Below are positions 63,404-64,000 of a stretch of DNA of 64,000 nucleotides, piece by piece. The stretch's first letter is position 1, and every line of letters starts with the position of its first letter. Origin of the DNA: the human T2T-CHM13v2.0 reference genome, Homo sapiens; NCBI RefSeq assembly GCF_009914755.1, contig NC_060933.1; one strand, written 5' to 3'. The position numbers were made by a program, and so were the translations under genes. The notes under the pieces were generated by a model. The model searched no databases and was not told the origin of the DNA. It saw only the letters and a list, made by a program, of their open reading frames with translations.

Positions 63404-64000
63404 TACAAAGCAATGTTCTAGGAAAAACTAGTTACTCTTTGATTATGTAATTGCTGGAGAAGAAAAACATGGCATTTCTAAAATGATGAACTATATTACT
63501 TATATTTTAATATCTCATAAAGTTTGAAATAGACATTTCAAACATAAACATGTATAAAAATTTTTATAAATTAAAAATATAAAATCAAAAACATTTTAAA
63601 ATTATTTTATTATAAAATTATTATAGAATCAAAAACATTATAAATTTAAACAACTTTTAAAAAAAATTATTTTGGGATTTCCCATGGAGTGATGGAGAAT
63701 AATGAGCCTTGGGAGAGCTATGGCAGCTCTCATACTCCTTCCTGGGCCAACTTTTTTAGGAAATGGGAGAAATATACCCTGTTCAATGTTTATTGTGGGT
63801 CAGGATATTTTTGAAGCTATAGTTGTTGATTTGTTTCAAACTTTAAAAAATTTATTATAAAATTATGGGATGTAAAAAAATTTATTATAAAACTTTGAAA
63901 TTTTCAAACTTTCAGAAAAGCAGAGAGATGAGATTAATGGCACTCATAGGCAAACATAGAACATAGATTGTAAACATTTTGCTATATTTGTGTCATGATT

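Overview
Human (hominid) genomic DNA from the chromosome 9-type ZNG1(CBWD)-FOXD4L-PGM5P segmental duplicon, all genes on the + strand. It holds the last four coding exons of a ZNG1/CBWD paralog (1254-3262), an intronless 417-aa FOXD4-like gene (6616-7869, best recalled match FOXD4L6) and an orphan CpG island (~9960-11580). A ~15-kb SATR-type satellite complex follows (~15810-30920) with orientation switches, AT-rich spacers, GC-rich derivative monomers, an LTR-less HERV-E-like pol fragment and a solo LTR5A with a perfect 6-bp TSD. After ~28 kb of ordinary repeat-rich intergenic DNA comes exon 1 of a PGM5 paralog whose start codon reads ATA (60564-60824). The most interesting signals are: (i) the satellite monomer is built of hairpins, and its GC-rich form keeps the stems through apparently compensatory, stepwise substitutions; (ii) FOXD4L carries its ancestral eh1-containing C-terminus as a fossil in another frame; (iii) the LTR sits at a hairpin apex, was partly re-duplicated, and creates two cryptic exons. 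Paralog names and repeat subfamilies come from recall, not database search.
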